Numbered from the stretch's first letter, positions 50,170 through 62,894 are shown. The stretch: DNA of 64,000 nt from Lytechinus pictus (GCF_037042905.1 NC_087250.1:26166001-26230000), one strand, 5' to 3'. The notes: generated by a model from the sequence alone, not told the origin. Made by a program: numbers and translations.

Positions 50170-50383
50170 TATTTACTTACAACATGTACATTGATCATTT
50201 TTTTTAAACAAGTGCACACCTATTAACCAATAATGCATTTAGCATTTCCATTTATTTGAAAGCAGGAGAAAAGAGCATTGTAGATCAAATGTCTTGCTCA
50301 CGGGCATAGGTGCCGCGGCCGGGGATCGAACCCCTGACTTTCCACGTATAGCCAGGCGCCTTAGACCACTCGGTCACGGCACC
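50170..50383 (-). mobile_element. tRNA-derived SINE
   Basis: Minus-strand head GGTGCCGTGACCGAGTGGTCTAAGGCGCC...GGTTCGATCCCCGGCCGCGGCACC (A and B boxes, 50309-50383), followed by CCCGTGAGCAAGACATTT. Left boundary approximate. Confidence 0.75.
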
Positions 50384-50950
50384 TCTATGAATATCTTATT
50401 CGATCATTTACAACTTAAAGTTCAAGTCCACCCCAGCAAAATGTTGATTTGAATAAATAGAGAAAAATCAAACTAGCATAACACTGAAAATTTCATCAAA
50501 ATCGGATGTAAAATAAGAAAGTTATGGCATTATAAAGTTTCGCATATTTTTCACAAAACAGTGATATGTACAACTCAGTGACATGCAAATGAGTCAGTCG
50601 ATGAGGTTCATCACTCACTATTTCTTTTGTTTTGTATTGTTTGAATTATACAATATTTCATTTTTTACAGATTTGACAATAGGGACCGACTTTACTGAAT
50701 CATATATTATTTTATCTCGTAACTTCTCGTTACGGGATTCTGTGAGATACGAGCTACGCATGCGCGAAATCAGTGAGCCTACGTTCATGCATCGGCTGAC
50801 CACAGGCAGCCATTTTGATCAGTAAAATTTCGTTTTTCTTAGAAAGTTCCATACTCTACAGGAGGTACGTGTAACTTTTTTATGTTTCTTATAATTATCA
50901 CTATTTTCTGAGCCAAAAGATAATTTTCTTGTGTTACGTTTTAGCCTGTT

Positions 50951-52594
50951 ATGGCTGATTGTAATGACAAGGGCCCCCCTGAAGGCTCGTCGATTAAGTC
51001 AGCTAACGGTGACGTGTTTTCACCCGAGTCCATCCGCACGGCGGTATTGGCCTCTAACGCTGCGAATAAGAAGGATAAGGCTCAGAAACCAAGCACGGCT
51101 GGTACTAGTGATGTGAATTTTGCCAGCACGGCTGGTGAAGTTCAGGGGCTAGAAAACTTTGTGATACCTAAATTAACAAAAACTAGATCGGGTTTGAGTA
51201 GTTCCGGTAATAATAAGATTGATTCTCAGACCCAGTCCCACATGTACGACATGAGCAATCAAGCCCAACAAGAGGCTAAGGCAGGGCCTGCTAAGCCAAA
51301 ACGAGGGAAAAGCAAGACAAATAAAGACCCCAAATCAAGTGCTATTGGTGGTAAATCATGCAAGTCGAGTGGTGTTTCCCCTCCTGCAGCTACAGGAACC
51401 TTGGCCCCGGGCAATTCTGTGAATGAAAGTAATGAAAAGAGGTTTCAAAGTCTAGAAAGGGCACTTGAGAAACAGAATGCTATGTTAGAGAAGCTCTGTA
51501 ACAACATATCACATACTAGTAGTAGTAGCACGATTGAGAGTCAGGATGTAAATGTTAATGCCCAGGGGCATGAGGGGGCACAAAGTCAAGTTTCAGATCA
51601 GTATATGGAGGGAATGGACCCCGAGGAAGGGAGTTTTGTACCAGATTATGAGTATCCTTATGACTATGGCGAAGATGGATATATTTTCTCCCTCTCATCT
51701 GCTCAAGCTGGTGCTGAGCAGGTAGACCCTGCCCCTACTATTAGTCCCAGTCACAGTGTAGTTGAAGATGAAGTAGTCATGACAACAGGGCATGATGGGG
51801 ACTCTGTTGCTACCCCTATGGTGGCAAAGGGTTTTGCAGCCCGTTTTCAAGCTCAAGCCCCTATGGGACCAGTTGTGAATAAAGAACTAGCAGATAGTCT
51901 GAACATTATGCTGTCAGAGCGCATGGGCCTGGAAAATATGGGTGTACTCATGGACAAGTATGTTCCACCCAAGAATGTGCCAAACCTGGTAGTACCCAAG
52001 GTTAACCCCTTAATCTGGGATAATATCCCGGCAAAAACAAAATCCAAAGATTTGAGGCTTCAGAAACTCCAAAAGCCCTTAATCAAAGGAATGATTGCTG
52101 TAACAGAGCTTATGAAGGATAAGACTACCCCAGAACAGGAAGAGGCAATTGCACTACTGGCACATGCTAACAATGAAATAAACATGTTCCGAAGGGAGTC
52201 CATTAAGCCAGACCTCAATCCAAAATTCCAACCACTCTGTCGATCCGACGTGAAGGTAACAAAACACCTTTTTGGTGAAGACCTGGGAAAAGTTGTGAAA
52301 GATATGACAGAACAACAAAAGGCAGTGTCTGTTACCAGGCTAGGTTTCCACAAAGTCAAGGATGAAAATCAAGGTCAGAGGTTTGCTCCATATCCAGGCA
52401 ACTTCACTAGGCCAGCCTACAGAGGGAGGGGCCGTGGTAATCAGAACTCTCCCTTCACACCCTCTTTTTTAGGCATGCAGACCAGAGGGCATGCATTCCA
52501 CCTGCGAGGCAGGGGGAGAGGAGTAGTCATGAGAGGCCAGAAGAGAATGAGAGGACTCAAGGCACCAGCCACACAGTCCAGGCCCCCTTACTAG
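50951..52594 (+). CDS. DIRS Gag-like ORF1 (547 aa)
   Basis: Intact ATG-to-stop ORF. PKNVPNLVVPKVNPLIW..KDLRLQKLQ..RRESIKP..HLFGEDL and an RG-rich C-terminus are typical of DIRS ORF1. Confidence 0.88.
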   Translation: MADCNDKGPPEGSSIKSANGDVFSPESIRTAVLASNAANKKDKAQKPSTAGTSDVNFASTAGEVQGLENFVIPKLTKTRSGLSSSGNNKIDSQTQSHMYDMSNQAQQEAKAGPAKPKRGKSKTNKDPKSSAIGGKSCKSSGVSPPAATGTLAPGNSVNESNEKRFQSLERALEKQNAMLEKLCNNISHTSSSSTIESQDVNVNAQGHEGAQSQVSDQYMEGMDPEEGSFVPDYEYPYDYGEDGYIFSLSSAQAGAEQVDPAPTISPSHSVVEDEVVMTTGHDGDSVATPMVAKGFAARFQAQAPMGPVVNKELADSLNIMLSERMGLENMGVLMDKYVPPKNVPNLVVPKVNPLIWDNIPAKTKSKDLRLQKLQKPLIKGMIAVTELMKDKTTPEQEEAIALLAHANNEINMFRRESIKPDLNPKFQPLCRSDVKVTKHLFGEDLGKVVKDMTEQQKAVSVTRLGFHKVKDENQGQRFAPYPGNFTRPAYRGRGRGNQNSPFTPSFLGMQTRGHAFHLRGRGRGVVMRGQKRMRGLKAPATQSRPPY

Positions 52595-54708
52595 AACCCA
52601 TTTCGAACAAGACAGATGATGAGGTAAGCAATGAACATGCATCGAGTAGCACTCTGAATTGCAACCATTTCCAGGGGGGCCAAGTAAGCTTACATTTTGG
52701 CCAATGGGAAAGTTTAACTTCTGATAGAAATATTTTGAACATTATCAAAGGGTATAAATTGGAGTTCATAGGAGCGCCACCCATTCAGATATACATACCC
52801 CATCCTTACAAACTGACTCCTGTTGAAATTTTGGCTGTATAAACAGAGATACAAACCCTTTTGAATAAAGAGGTAATTGAAAAATGTGACCACATACCTG
52901 GTGAATTCATTTCCAATATTTTCATGCGGGAGAAAAAGGATGGAAAATGGAGAATGATTCTGAACTTGTCCCAATTGAATGATCATCTAGATTTCCACCA
53001 TTTTAAAATGGATACCTTTGAAACTGCAGTGCAACTTTTAACCAAGAATTGTTATATGGCATCACTTGACTTAAAGGATGCATACTTCTCTATCCTAATA
53101 GATGCCAGGTACAGAAAATTATTGCGGTTTCAATGGAAAGGGAAACTGTTTCAGTTCAGAGCGCTACCCAATGGGCTCTCACCTGGGCCTAGGATTTTTA
53201 CAAAAGTGCTCAAGGTGCCTCTATCTGTGCTCAGGAGCAGGGGGCATGTTATTGTATCCTACATTGATGACACACTCATAATAGCAGAATCAAGAGAGCA
53301 GGTGAAGCGTGCAGTGAATGACACAATAGAAATGTTGTCAAAATTGGGGTTTGTTATTCACCCCCAAAAATCTAAGTTTGAACCAAGTCAGCAAATCAGT
53401 TTCTTAGGGTTTGACATAAACTCAAATACCTTGACTGTTACACCAACAAATGGGAAAGCAGCTGAGATTAAGGCATTTGCTCAAAAGTTGATGAGAAAAA
53501 GAAAGATCACCATAAGACAACTGGCTTGTTTTATAGGGAAGGTTGTAGCAATCCTCCCTGCTTGTGAGCAAGGAAAGATGCACTATAGAGCACTTGAAAG
53601 AGACAAAATCTTTAACCTGAAAGTACATAAAGGCAATTATGATGCTCAATTGACATTAACCAACCCATCAAAAGAAGAATTGATCTGGTGGGTGAGAAAC
53701 ATTGAATCAGCTACTCGACATTTGGGTACAAGGAAAATAGATGTTGAGTTATGTAGTGATGCTAGTGGTGCAGGCTGGGGTGCCACAGATGGCAATACTC
53801 AATGTGGAGGTAGATGGAAAATGTCAGAATCCCTTGCAAGTGGCAACAACATAAATTACCTGGAGTTACTTGCAGCTTTCTTTGCATTGAAGGCTTTTTG
53901 CAAGGATAAATCTAACATCCATGTTTTAATGAGACTAGATAATACCACTGCAGTGAGCTACATTAATGAAATGGGCGGTATCAAGTCAGTTGAGTGTGAT
54001 AAGCTTGCCCATCTCCTGTGGCAGTGGTGTATAGTGAGAGATATTTGGGTCACTGCAGCCCATTTGCCAGGCGTAGATAATGTAATTGCAGATAAAAGAT
54101 CCAGAATCTTTAGAGATGAAACTGAGTGGATGTTAAATCCCATAATTTTTAAGGAATTGTGTAAACTGATGGGTAATCCTAAAATTGATCTCTTTGCATC
54201 TAGATTGAATACCCAGCTCCCCAATTATGTGTCATGGCAACCAGACCCTGGGGCACAAGCCATTGATGCCTTCACCTTGGACTGGGGAGGTCTAGAATTA
54301 TATGCATTCCCCCCATTCTGTATAATCAATACATGTCTTCAGAAAATTGTGGCAGACAAAGCTGAAGGGATTTTGATTGTCCCAAAATGGGTCTCCCAAC
54401 CATGGTTCCCTAGATTATTACAATTGTTAGTTGATACACCCATTGTTCTGCCACAGAGTGAGCATACCCTAATGCAAATGGAAACGGGGAAAATACACCC
54501 CCTGTGTGATAAACTGTTTTTGCTCGCTTGCAGATTATCTTGGAATCGCTCAAAGCAAGAGGCATTCCAGAAGGAGCTCGCTCAGTCATCTTGGCTTCAT
54601 GGCGACAGTCTACAAGGAAGCAGTACATGTCCTACATCAGGCGATGGATTCAGTTTTGTAATAGGAGATCGACTAATCCGCTGCAGACACATGTCTGTGA
54701 GATTTTAG
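52441..54708 (+). CDS. DIRS ORF2: RT + RNase H + DNA N6-adenine methyltransferase-like domain; one in-frame TAA at 52840-52842
   Basis: GQWESLTSD..IIKGYKLEF upstream of the stop; WRMILNL, LDLKDAYF, YIDD, SDASGAGWG, INYLEL, DNTTAV, DLFASRLN, YAFPPF downstream. No ATG in 52441-52839. Confidence 0.9.
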
Positions 54709-55505
54709 ACTTTCTTACAAACCTAATGCATAATGGCGTGGGATATAGTGGCATTAATACTGCAAAATGTGCTATTGGAAGCTTTACTCTGGTGCAAGGA
54801 GGGAAATCAATAAAGGATGATCAGATAATATCGAGGTTTATGAAGGGAATTTTCAACCTGAAACCACCGAGGCCTCGTTATTCAGACATCTGGGATGTTG
54901 GCAAGGTGTTAGACTACATTCGCTCCCTCCCAATTAATTCTGACATTTCCCTGCATGACTTAACCTTGAAACTTTGCTTGCTAATACTCCTGATATCAGC
55001 ACAGAGAATCCAAACACTTCATCTTTTGAGAATTGACATGCTAGACTTGCAGAAAGATCGGGCAAACTTTGTGATAACAGAATTGTTGAAGCAGAGTCGA
55101 CCAGGCAACAGTGGGGCGACTATTTGTTTACTGGAGTACCCTCATGACAAACGACTATGTGTTGTAGAAACTCTGAAGCAATATTTGTCAAAGACAGAAT
55201 CACTACGTAGAGGAGAAAAGCGGCTCTTCGTCAGTTACAAAAAACCTCATTGTGGTGTATCAAAGGACACAATAGCTCGCTGGGCTAAAGAAGGATTGTC
55301 CCGGTCAGGAATTGACACTACAAAATTCAAGCCTCATTCTACGCGGGCAGCCTCAACGTCTGCAGCTGAAGCTAGGCACGTCCCCGTTTGTGAGATTATG
55401 TCGAAGGCTGGATGGTCATCGGAGAACACTTTTCGTACTTTCTATCACAAGCCAGTAGAGAACACACTTGTAGATACTTTCCAAAAAGCAGTGTTAGAAG
55501 CCTGA
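54528..55505 (+). CDS. DIRS tyrosine recombinase (overlaps the 3' end of ORF2)
   Basis: Catalytic R-H-R-Y pattern: SAQR, HSTR, AGW..TFRTFY. The ORF is open but its conserved-looking N-terminus lacks an ATG. Confidence 0.92.
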   Translation: MQIILESLKARGIPEGARSVILASWRQSTRKQYMSYIRRWIQFCNRRSTNPLQTHVCEILDFLTNLMHNGVGYSGINTAKCAIGSFTLVQGGKSIKDDQIISRFMKGIFNLKPPRPRYSDIWDVGKVLDYIRSLPINSDISLHDLTLKLCLLILLISAQRIQTLHLLRIDMLDLQKDRANFVITELLKQSRPGNSGATICLLEYPHDKRLCVVETLKQYLSKTESLRRGEKRLFVSYKKPHCGVSKDTIARWAKEGLSRSGIDTTKFKPHSTRAASTSAAEARHVPVCEIMSKAGWSSENTFRTFYHKPVENTLVDTFQKAVLEA

Positions 55506-57607
55506 TGATTTATTGGATATTTTGATTCATCAAGGATTATTTTAGGACATGTGAGAAGACTTGAGGCTCGGAGGCCAAGCCTTAGTAACTTCAGTTTTGC
55601 GTTTCTAATTATGACATAAGGATCAGGACAATGGAACAGTAAAATGTACTCTTGATAATGCAGAGAGGCATTAGTTAATGAACTCCAACAAGCTTGGTAT
55701 GGACTGACCCAATTTTTATAGGGTTACTGATGTTTTTAATTTTACAACATAATGCGATAATGTTCACAAGTTGTGATAATGTTCATAAGTTCTTGTAATG
55801 AAAAATAAATTTACAGGACATTTGAGGCATTCATCAGAAATCATACAGTGGATGTGTATGTTTATGGTTCTCCTAGTGAACTCAGAGTGGCTTTCAATAT
55901 CTCACAGAATCCCGTAACGAGAAGTTACGAGATAAAATGTATAGATTAAACGAGAACTTACCTGAGTTTGAAGTTTGATCTTCATTTTATGAAGTAACGG
56001 AGAGTCTAGGGATTATGTGCCCTACCCTCCCCCCTTTGCTTCAAAGCTAAGATTACAGTCTTTACTATATTGATTGAGTTGTAGGTAAGTCACTGTTTAA
56101 TCATAAGTTTCACTCTGGTTCCACTAGGGTTTTCAATACTGATTTCGCGCATGCGTAGCTCGTATCTCACATAATCCCTAGACTCTCCGTTACTTCATAA
56201 AATGAAGATCAAACTTCAAACTCAGGTAAGTTCTCGTTTAATCTATACATTAAACGATGCTAATATCACATGTTCAGGGAGGAATTAATCACTGTTTCAT
56301 TTGACAATGAGGAGATAGTTAGAATATTTGATATAATGAAATACAAAAGAAATAGTGAGTGGATGACGTCATCACTCCCCTCATTTGCATACCGACCAGG
56401 ATGTGCATATAACTGTTTTCTGAAATTAAGCGAAACTTTAAAGTGTTATTACTTTCTTATTTTACATCCGATTTTGATGAAATTTTCAGTGCTGTGTTTG
56501 TTGGATTTTCCTATTTTTATTCAAATCAATTTTGTTGGGGTAAACTTGTCCTTTAAAACATATACATCGCAACCTCTAACCCTCCCTCTCTCTCTATCTT
56601 TAGCCTTAGAATTAATCGTTACATTTCATTTCAAATATAGATTGCATAAGGCTTCTGATATTAACTGATTTTATGTCCAAAACCACAACTTCATCAAGTG
56701 CTTCCATGTGATTGTAATGTAGACTTGAAAGAGCGCCATCTTTTGAGATAGAATGGAATAGCGTACGAAAGGGATTTTCCCCCAATAGATGATAGCCGAC
56801 TTCAGATCACTGCCACTTTATGGAGGCCAAAAATACTGGGGCTTCTAATGTAGAAGAAAATCAATTTCAATTTCAATAAGCCAAGTGAGTTGCTCAGTAT
56901 GTCTATGCATATATAATATTTTGTTAAATATACTTGATGCCCCCTTCCCCCGAGAGAAAGTACCATGAAAACAGAGACAGCGTCTATACCATATTTAGGA
57001 ACCTCCAGACATTACAAGCTCAGCTTTTTATGTAGGTTATTTTACATATCTCACTTTCATTAAATGCAATTGTCATAATCTTCTGTATTCTGTATTATAA
57101 TTATGTATTTCTTGTGTTATTTTATTTTGATTTATTATTCTGTAGAAGCATTGAACATAAATTCAATATGACAGTGTTGTAGTTCTTCAAAAAAATGGAA
57201 GTAGCATTGCATAATGGTCACATTTAATATAATTTAGTATAATGTAATCGTACTACATTTCCTGGTTATACAAAAGTAAGAAGCGTTTGGATCATTCTCT
57301 TCCTCTTTCTCTCTTTCTCACCTTTTTTCCCCTTTCCTTTTGTCTATCTCTTAAAGTCAATCGTTCCTGGCAAGCCCCTCCATTTTGTTTCCTTTTACTT
57401 AATTTCGACGAAGCCAGTTCTATCTACGTAGTTCAAATTCACCCTTTCTTAAATTTTGTTATGAATTACTAAGAATGACATGGTTTGTGATGTATTTAAC
57501 TTTGTAATGTAATGCTACTTTGTTTCCTAAGAAAGGAAAATACCAATACAAATTCAATTACAAATTCATCTCCCCCCCCCCTCCCCCATCTCTCTATCAT
57601 TCCTTAG

Positions 57608-57890
57608 GTTAACGATCGCATCATCTTCAAAATCCTTCTCCTTGTATTCCATGCAATTAACGGCTCTGCTCCACAGTACAATATTAATCTAATCAGCAAA
57701 TACACTCCAGTCAGGTCCCTACGTTCATCCAACTCTGGTTCCCTAGTTATTCCTAAATCCGTTAAGACATGGGGGTTCGGGCTTTTGCTCACGCTGGCCC
57801 TGTTCGCTGGAACGATCTTCCCCTGACAATCCGTGAATGCACGTCCACTGATATATTCAAACGTTACCTCAACACTCGTCTATTCAATGC
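57608..57890 (+). pseudogene. L2-type LINE ORF2 C-terminal fragment
   Basis: RIIFKILLLVFHAINGSAPQY..PVRSLRSS..AFAHAGPVRWNDLP..FKRYLNTRLF read across frames. Confidence 0.75.
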
Positions 57891-60800
57891 CTCTTACTCT
57901 TAAAGGGATTGTTTCACTTTGTGAGCAATTGAAAAAATTATCATATTGCTTTTTGAAAATGGTATGAACATTTGACTAACAGCTCAAAAATACCCATGTG
58001 AAAGTTTGGGATCATAACATGTTCGGGAAGTGTTTTTAAAAACTGAAAATCTGAGGCAATGTTTGAAGAGAAAAATGCACTTCTCGACGGTTGATTCATG
58101 ATTCTGTTTCCAATTTAAATCGATATTATATAGCGCCACCTTGTGATGTATGCAAGAAAGTAGGCGGAGCTTACCACGGGGAATTTCGCTTCTTGCGTGA
58201 TCTGTGGGCGAAGTTAGTTTGTTTTGGGTTTTTGGTTTTTTCTGTGTCTCCGCTCGGTGTGTGCGATAAGCGATCGATGCATGTGCGTTGCTTATTGCCT
58301 GTGTGAAAGGGTGTAGCTAGTGTGTGTCGCTTGTGCATAACATTGGGGGAATATCATAAGTCCATGATCATACTGTCAAACTGTGTCGAACTCGTGAATG
58401 TCCATTCCGTCTGTGGTCTGTACATTTGAATATGCTACATGTATGCCTCATAATGAACTTTGTAGACTTACAGACCATGGGATTTTGATGAATTTATATT
58501 TTGGCGACGTAAATTAGTAGCAAATAAAACGACAACAACAGAAAAGAACGCGACAAACCGGGGCTACAAATACAATCTCGGATCTACAGTGTAGAGTAAT
58601 AGTAGTTTTTTTTGTGGATCATGGGGGCCGGGGATGGAGCGTGATTTTCCAGAAGCTATATTGTGCCCCCCCAAAAAAAAAAAAAAAATTCCCTCTGTTC
58701 TTTTCTTTAGTTTACCTTTGCATGCACTACAAGATATATCCTTGTGGTTGTTGATAATTCTCTTTTACCTGGTCACGATATAGCAAACGTCCGTCGACTG
58801 ATTCGAGAAGAGAATGCAATATAGCTCCATGTAATGCAATATCATGGAGCTGTAATATGTATCCGAACTCCACTCTGGTCATGTTACGTCCACGTAGTCA
58901 CAGGCCTTCGTGTGTCATGTGCATGTTTACATACACGGGGCATAGCTGGGTAGGAACTCGGAATAAAGGCAGTGACCTCTCCTTCTCCCCCCCCCCCCCC
59001 CTGGCATGGACTCGAAACATCCACCATCGTGGGTTTTTTTTTTTTGTGTGTGTGTGTGTGTGTGTGTTTTTTTACGTTCTCCACGAGCTCCCCCAACAAA
59101 GATATTCCCATCCCGGATTTCCCATCCCATCAAAATCTTCGGTAGGCCTATCTTCACGTAAGATGCTTATGAGAAACTCCCGGGGAGAAACTATATGATC
59201 AACATGATCAACGTATTGCCCCCCCCCCCCCTCCGATCGATCGGGGCCTATCCGTTTTGGACTTTATTTTGGAACGTGGTAGATAGGGTAGTTGCAAACC
59301 CAAAACATCTCAACTCCTAGACCCCGGACTATAATGACTATTAGACCTACAAATTATTATCCATAAACTTTGTTGGTTTTTTTTTATTTTTATTTGATTG
59401 GTTTTTTTGTAAGGGGTAGGAATCGTATTTAATTTTATCCATGATTGGGGTCAATAATTCTTTCAGTTTCTCCGCCATATAATCCGCTCATGACATCTTT
59501 CAAATCATATCACTTTTCTTTTACATTTTCCATTTCTTTCGGCCGCTCTTTTCTTTTCTTCTGCTTCCCCTCTCTCGATCCTCCTTCCGTAAATTCTTTA
59601 CAGTAAAAAAGAAGTCTGATTTTTTTTTACACATCCCTGATTACTATATGAACCTTACGTGAAAATAGTGTTTTGTGTTCTTTTCTAGCTCGTTTACCTG
59701 AAAACCTGTAAATTGGTTATTGATTTTCTTCATACAATTTATATGAAACCTCAGCGTATATGAAGCATCCTTTACCTTCGATCTGGTATTGTTTATATTG
59801 GTTGGTTATATTCACGATTAAAAAAATGCATAAATATAAACAAAATAACATTACATAATCAAATAATTAAAAAAAAAACAATATAACAAATTAACAATAT
59901 AACAGTAATGAAGCTTACAATGCATGTAATACAGAATCGTAGGGATAGACCCGTTTCAGATTGGCTATTGATAGCCAACCTGTTCTTCCCCGGGGTCCCT
60001 AAAAATAAATTAATTAAATTAGCATTACAATATGAAAATTTCTAATAAATACGAGTATAACAAATCAATATAAAACAAATGTAAAATAATATATCCTCAT
60101 GATATCATTCATTTGGGGAAAATAATGAAAAATGAAATAGTGTAATTAGTCACACGTTATCAATCACGAAAGTTCCCTTTTCTGCTCGATCCAATCACTG
60201 AAACATTCAAATTCCATGGAACAATTAGTCATACATCATCACCACAACTATCACATAACAATACACTTAAATTCGTGTATTTTAAAACAAATTCTTGTGA
60301 ATGAGCATAATTGTATTTCCGTCGATATTGAAAGGCCGTCTCTAACAGGGTATGACCCCCCCCCCCTTCCCATGTCGGGGTAAGGGGGAGAGGGGGAAAA
60401 TAGAAGTGAGGATGGGGAAGAAGAGAAAGAAGAAAAGTGGAAGAAGGAAAGAAAAAAAATGAAAAGAAAAGAGGCTGTCGGACTGACGTCTACCGGAAAA
60501 ATGATATAACTGTTGGGTCACGAAGGAATGTTCCATTACTCCGTGTATATATATGCTATACCGACAGTGATTAGAATATACTGTCACACAGGGCGGTTCT
60601 AATTAATTGCTTCATGTTCCGAGAGAGATTTGAATGTATATAGGTTTTAGGTCTAAATCGCCTTACAATCAAGCCCATTCTTTTTTACGTACAGTGATTA
60701 AAATTGCCCGGCCATATGTCCCAGTCGCGAAAATTGTTAGCTCGCGCTTCGCGCTCGCATCATTCAGACTGTTCCATTATCATCTTCACAAGTTTCTTAC

Positions 60801-61579
60801 GTGTTGGGCAGCGCTTTTAAGATATTCACTTTTATGTCAGTAAATTTAGTTCGCGCTACAAACAGCTTGTCCTTTATTGTTTTACAACGTCCAGTCATGA
60901 TCAATTATATATAAAAAAAATATATTGTTGAGCATGATATACCCTTCGTATTCATTATTACAAGAAGTGCAAAAGGAATGTCTAGTTTTTATGTCTACAT
61001 GTAAAAAATAGCTTATTGTGCTTCGCGCTTGCAATTATTGTTTACTGAGGTACATATAATTTGATATTTACATTAAAAAAACCTGCTTGGAATGTCCAGT
61101 TGTCGGGCCATAATAATATTCAGCTCGCGCTATTCGCTCGCATTGTTTAATTTAATGTCCACCATGTCCACAGTGGCGTATCTAGAACAAACGAGGCCCG
61201 GGCAAGTGCTAAAATCGCACCCCTTTCAAAATATAGGTCTATTGTGTATATACTCTGCACTCGACCAGTCAAAATAAAACATAATATTCTAGTCCGGGGT
61301 TTTTTATCATGAAAATGATGCGTATCTAACGAAAACAACGTATGCGAGCGCTAAGCACGTGCCTATTATTTTCAGTATTAAGATCTTAAAAAGGAATATT
61401 CTAAGCAATTTTTTAATAATTAACATGATGCATATCCAGACAATGAACGCATTCGCGAAGCGCGAGCCGAAAATTATTGATATTGAGACCTCCAATCGGG
61501 ACATATCGATGCTTGTCTAATTAAGCATTTCATGCAAGCACGAGGGGCGAGCTGAAAAATTAATATTGAGGGGAAATCT

Positions 61580-62235
61580 TAATAATAATGATGATAATGA
61601 TAATAATTATAATAATAATAATGACAATAATAATAATAATATTGGTGGCTTCTTATATAGCGCACGCGTCCACATTTCGGTGCTCATGGCGCTTGTAGAA
61701 AAATAAACACAACACCCAACAACAATAGAAAACGAAAAAGAATAGAATTTGAATTCTCCTGAATGTTAATGGGAGATCAAAATTTAGTTTTCACTGGGAC
61801 TTGAATGTTTCTGTTGATGAAAATTTGGCGTAATTGGATAGCCAATCGATTCCATAGCTTTGGTCCTATAACAGAGAATGCATTCCCCCATTTGTGTTTG
61901 GTTCTGGGTGTCTGGAGCAATAGAGCATCAGAATGATGAGCGGAGACTGCGTGAAGGCTGATATTTTGAGATAGAGCTGCGGAGATATGTGGGGGAAGAG
62001 AGAATAAATTGAATAATAGTAAAATAATTTTGAAGGAGATTCTTTTATCAACAGGCAGCCAATGTAAGGACTGGAGGATTGGCGAGATGGAGTCATACTT
62101 TTTAGTGTATGTTAGGAGACGGGCAGCAGAGTTTTGTAGACGTTGAAGTTTTGTCCAATCTTTTTGTGGGAGGTTAAAGAACAATGAGTTTGAAAAATCT
62201 AAACGGGAGGAAATCAAAGCATGGATAATTTTAGG
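61580..62235 (-). mobile_element. 5'-truncated L2-type LINE 3' fragment with (ATT)n tail
   Basis: ISSRLDFSNSL..LQRLQNSAARLL..ISPILQSLHWLPVDKRISFK. Minus-strand 3' end GCGCTATATAAG followed by ATT repeats. Confidence 0.85.
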
Positions 62236-62894
62236 GGCTTTTTGTAGGAATTCATGAAAAGGATACGTATCTCATCGGGGTAGGCCCTAATGTGAGCGCG
62301 AAGCGCGATATGATATTTTGTATATCCTCACCTAAAAATGTCTAATGGAGAGTTTTTATCTCCCTCATCAAAATCAGAGCGTGGTGAGAAGCTTTGACAA
62401 ACCAGAAAATTATATTTCTGAACTGTTTGCAAGAATTAATGAAAAGAAAGATATAAAAATAATGCAAACTCGTAGCTATAGATGAAAAGTTATGACATTT
62501 GAGTTTGAAAAACTATTTTTTTTTATAAGGAGTGTTTGTTGGAATTCATGGAGAGAATATAAGTATATCACTAATTAAAAGTTGCACGAATATTCATCCC
62601 TGGGTAAAGACATGCACGATTATTTTTTTACGTTGAAAAGTGCATTAATGGTACAGAGAACGGGGGTATTACCGTCAGCGGTATTCCTTTTTCAGCGTCT
62701 TAATTCCTTTGCTTTTTCTATTCATTTTTTCCCTTTCTTTCTTTGCATCTATCTCCCGTTTTTGCACCACTGAAAGTAGCACCCGGGGCACGTGCCTCCA
62801 TTGCCGCCCCGGCTAGATACGCCATGTAATAAAGTCCACTTTTCATGTCGGAAGAAATATCAGCTTGCGCTCCGCGCTCTAATCGATTGTTGAG

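Larger units (their letters stand above)
50709..56251 (+). mobile_element. DIRS1-like tyrosine-recombinase retrotransposon, full length
   Basis: Perfect 34-bp inverted repeat at 50741-50774 and 56138-56171. ICR at 55898-56019 is complementary to both termini. Carries gag, RT/RNase H/methyltransferase-like and YR ORFs. Shared ATT at both ends. Confidence 0.96.
50419..56552. mobile_element. Kolobok-like MITE hosting the DIRS element
   Basis: TTAA at 50415-50418 and 56553-56556. Same family as 19106-31117. Confidence 0.85.

Noticed and set aside
50309..50383. tRNA gene
   Set aside because: The anticodon arm is irregular and the sequence runs into a SINE-type body, so it is treated as a SINE head.
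57900..59700. Large Kolobok-like element starting TTAAAGGGATTGTTTCAC
   Set aside because: The left end is plausible, but I could not find a matching right TIR or any transposase remnant.
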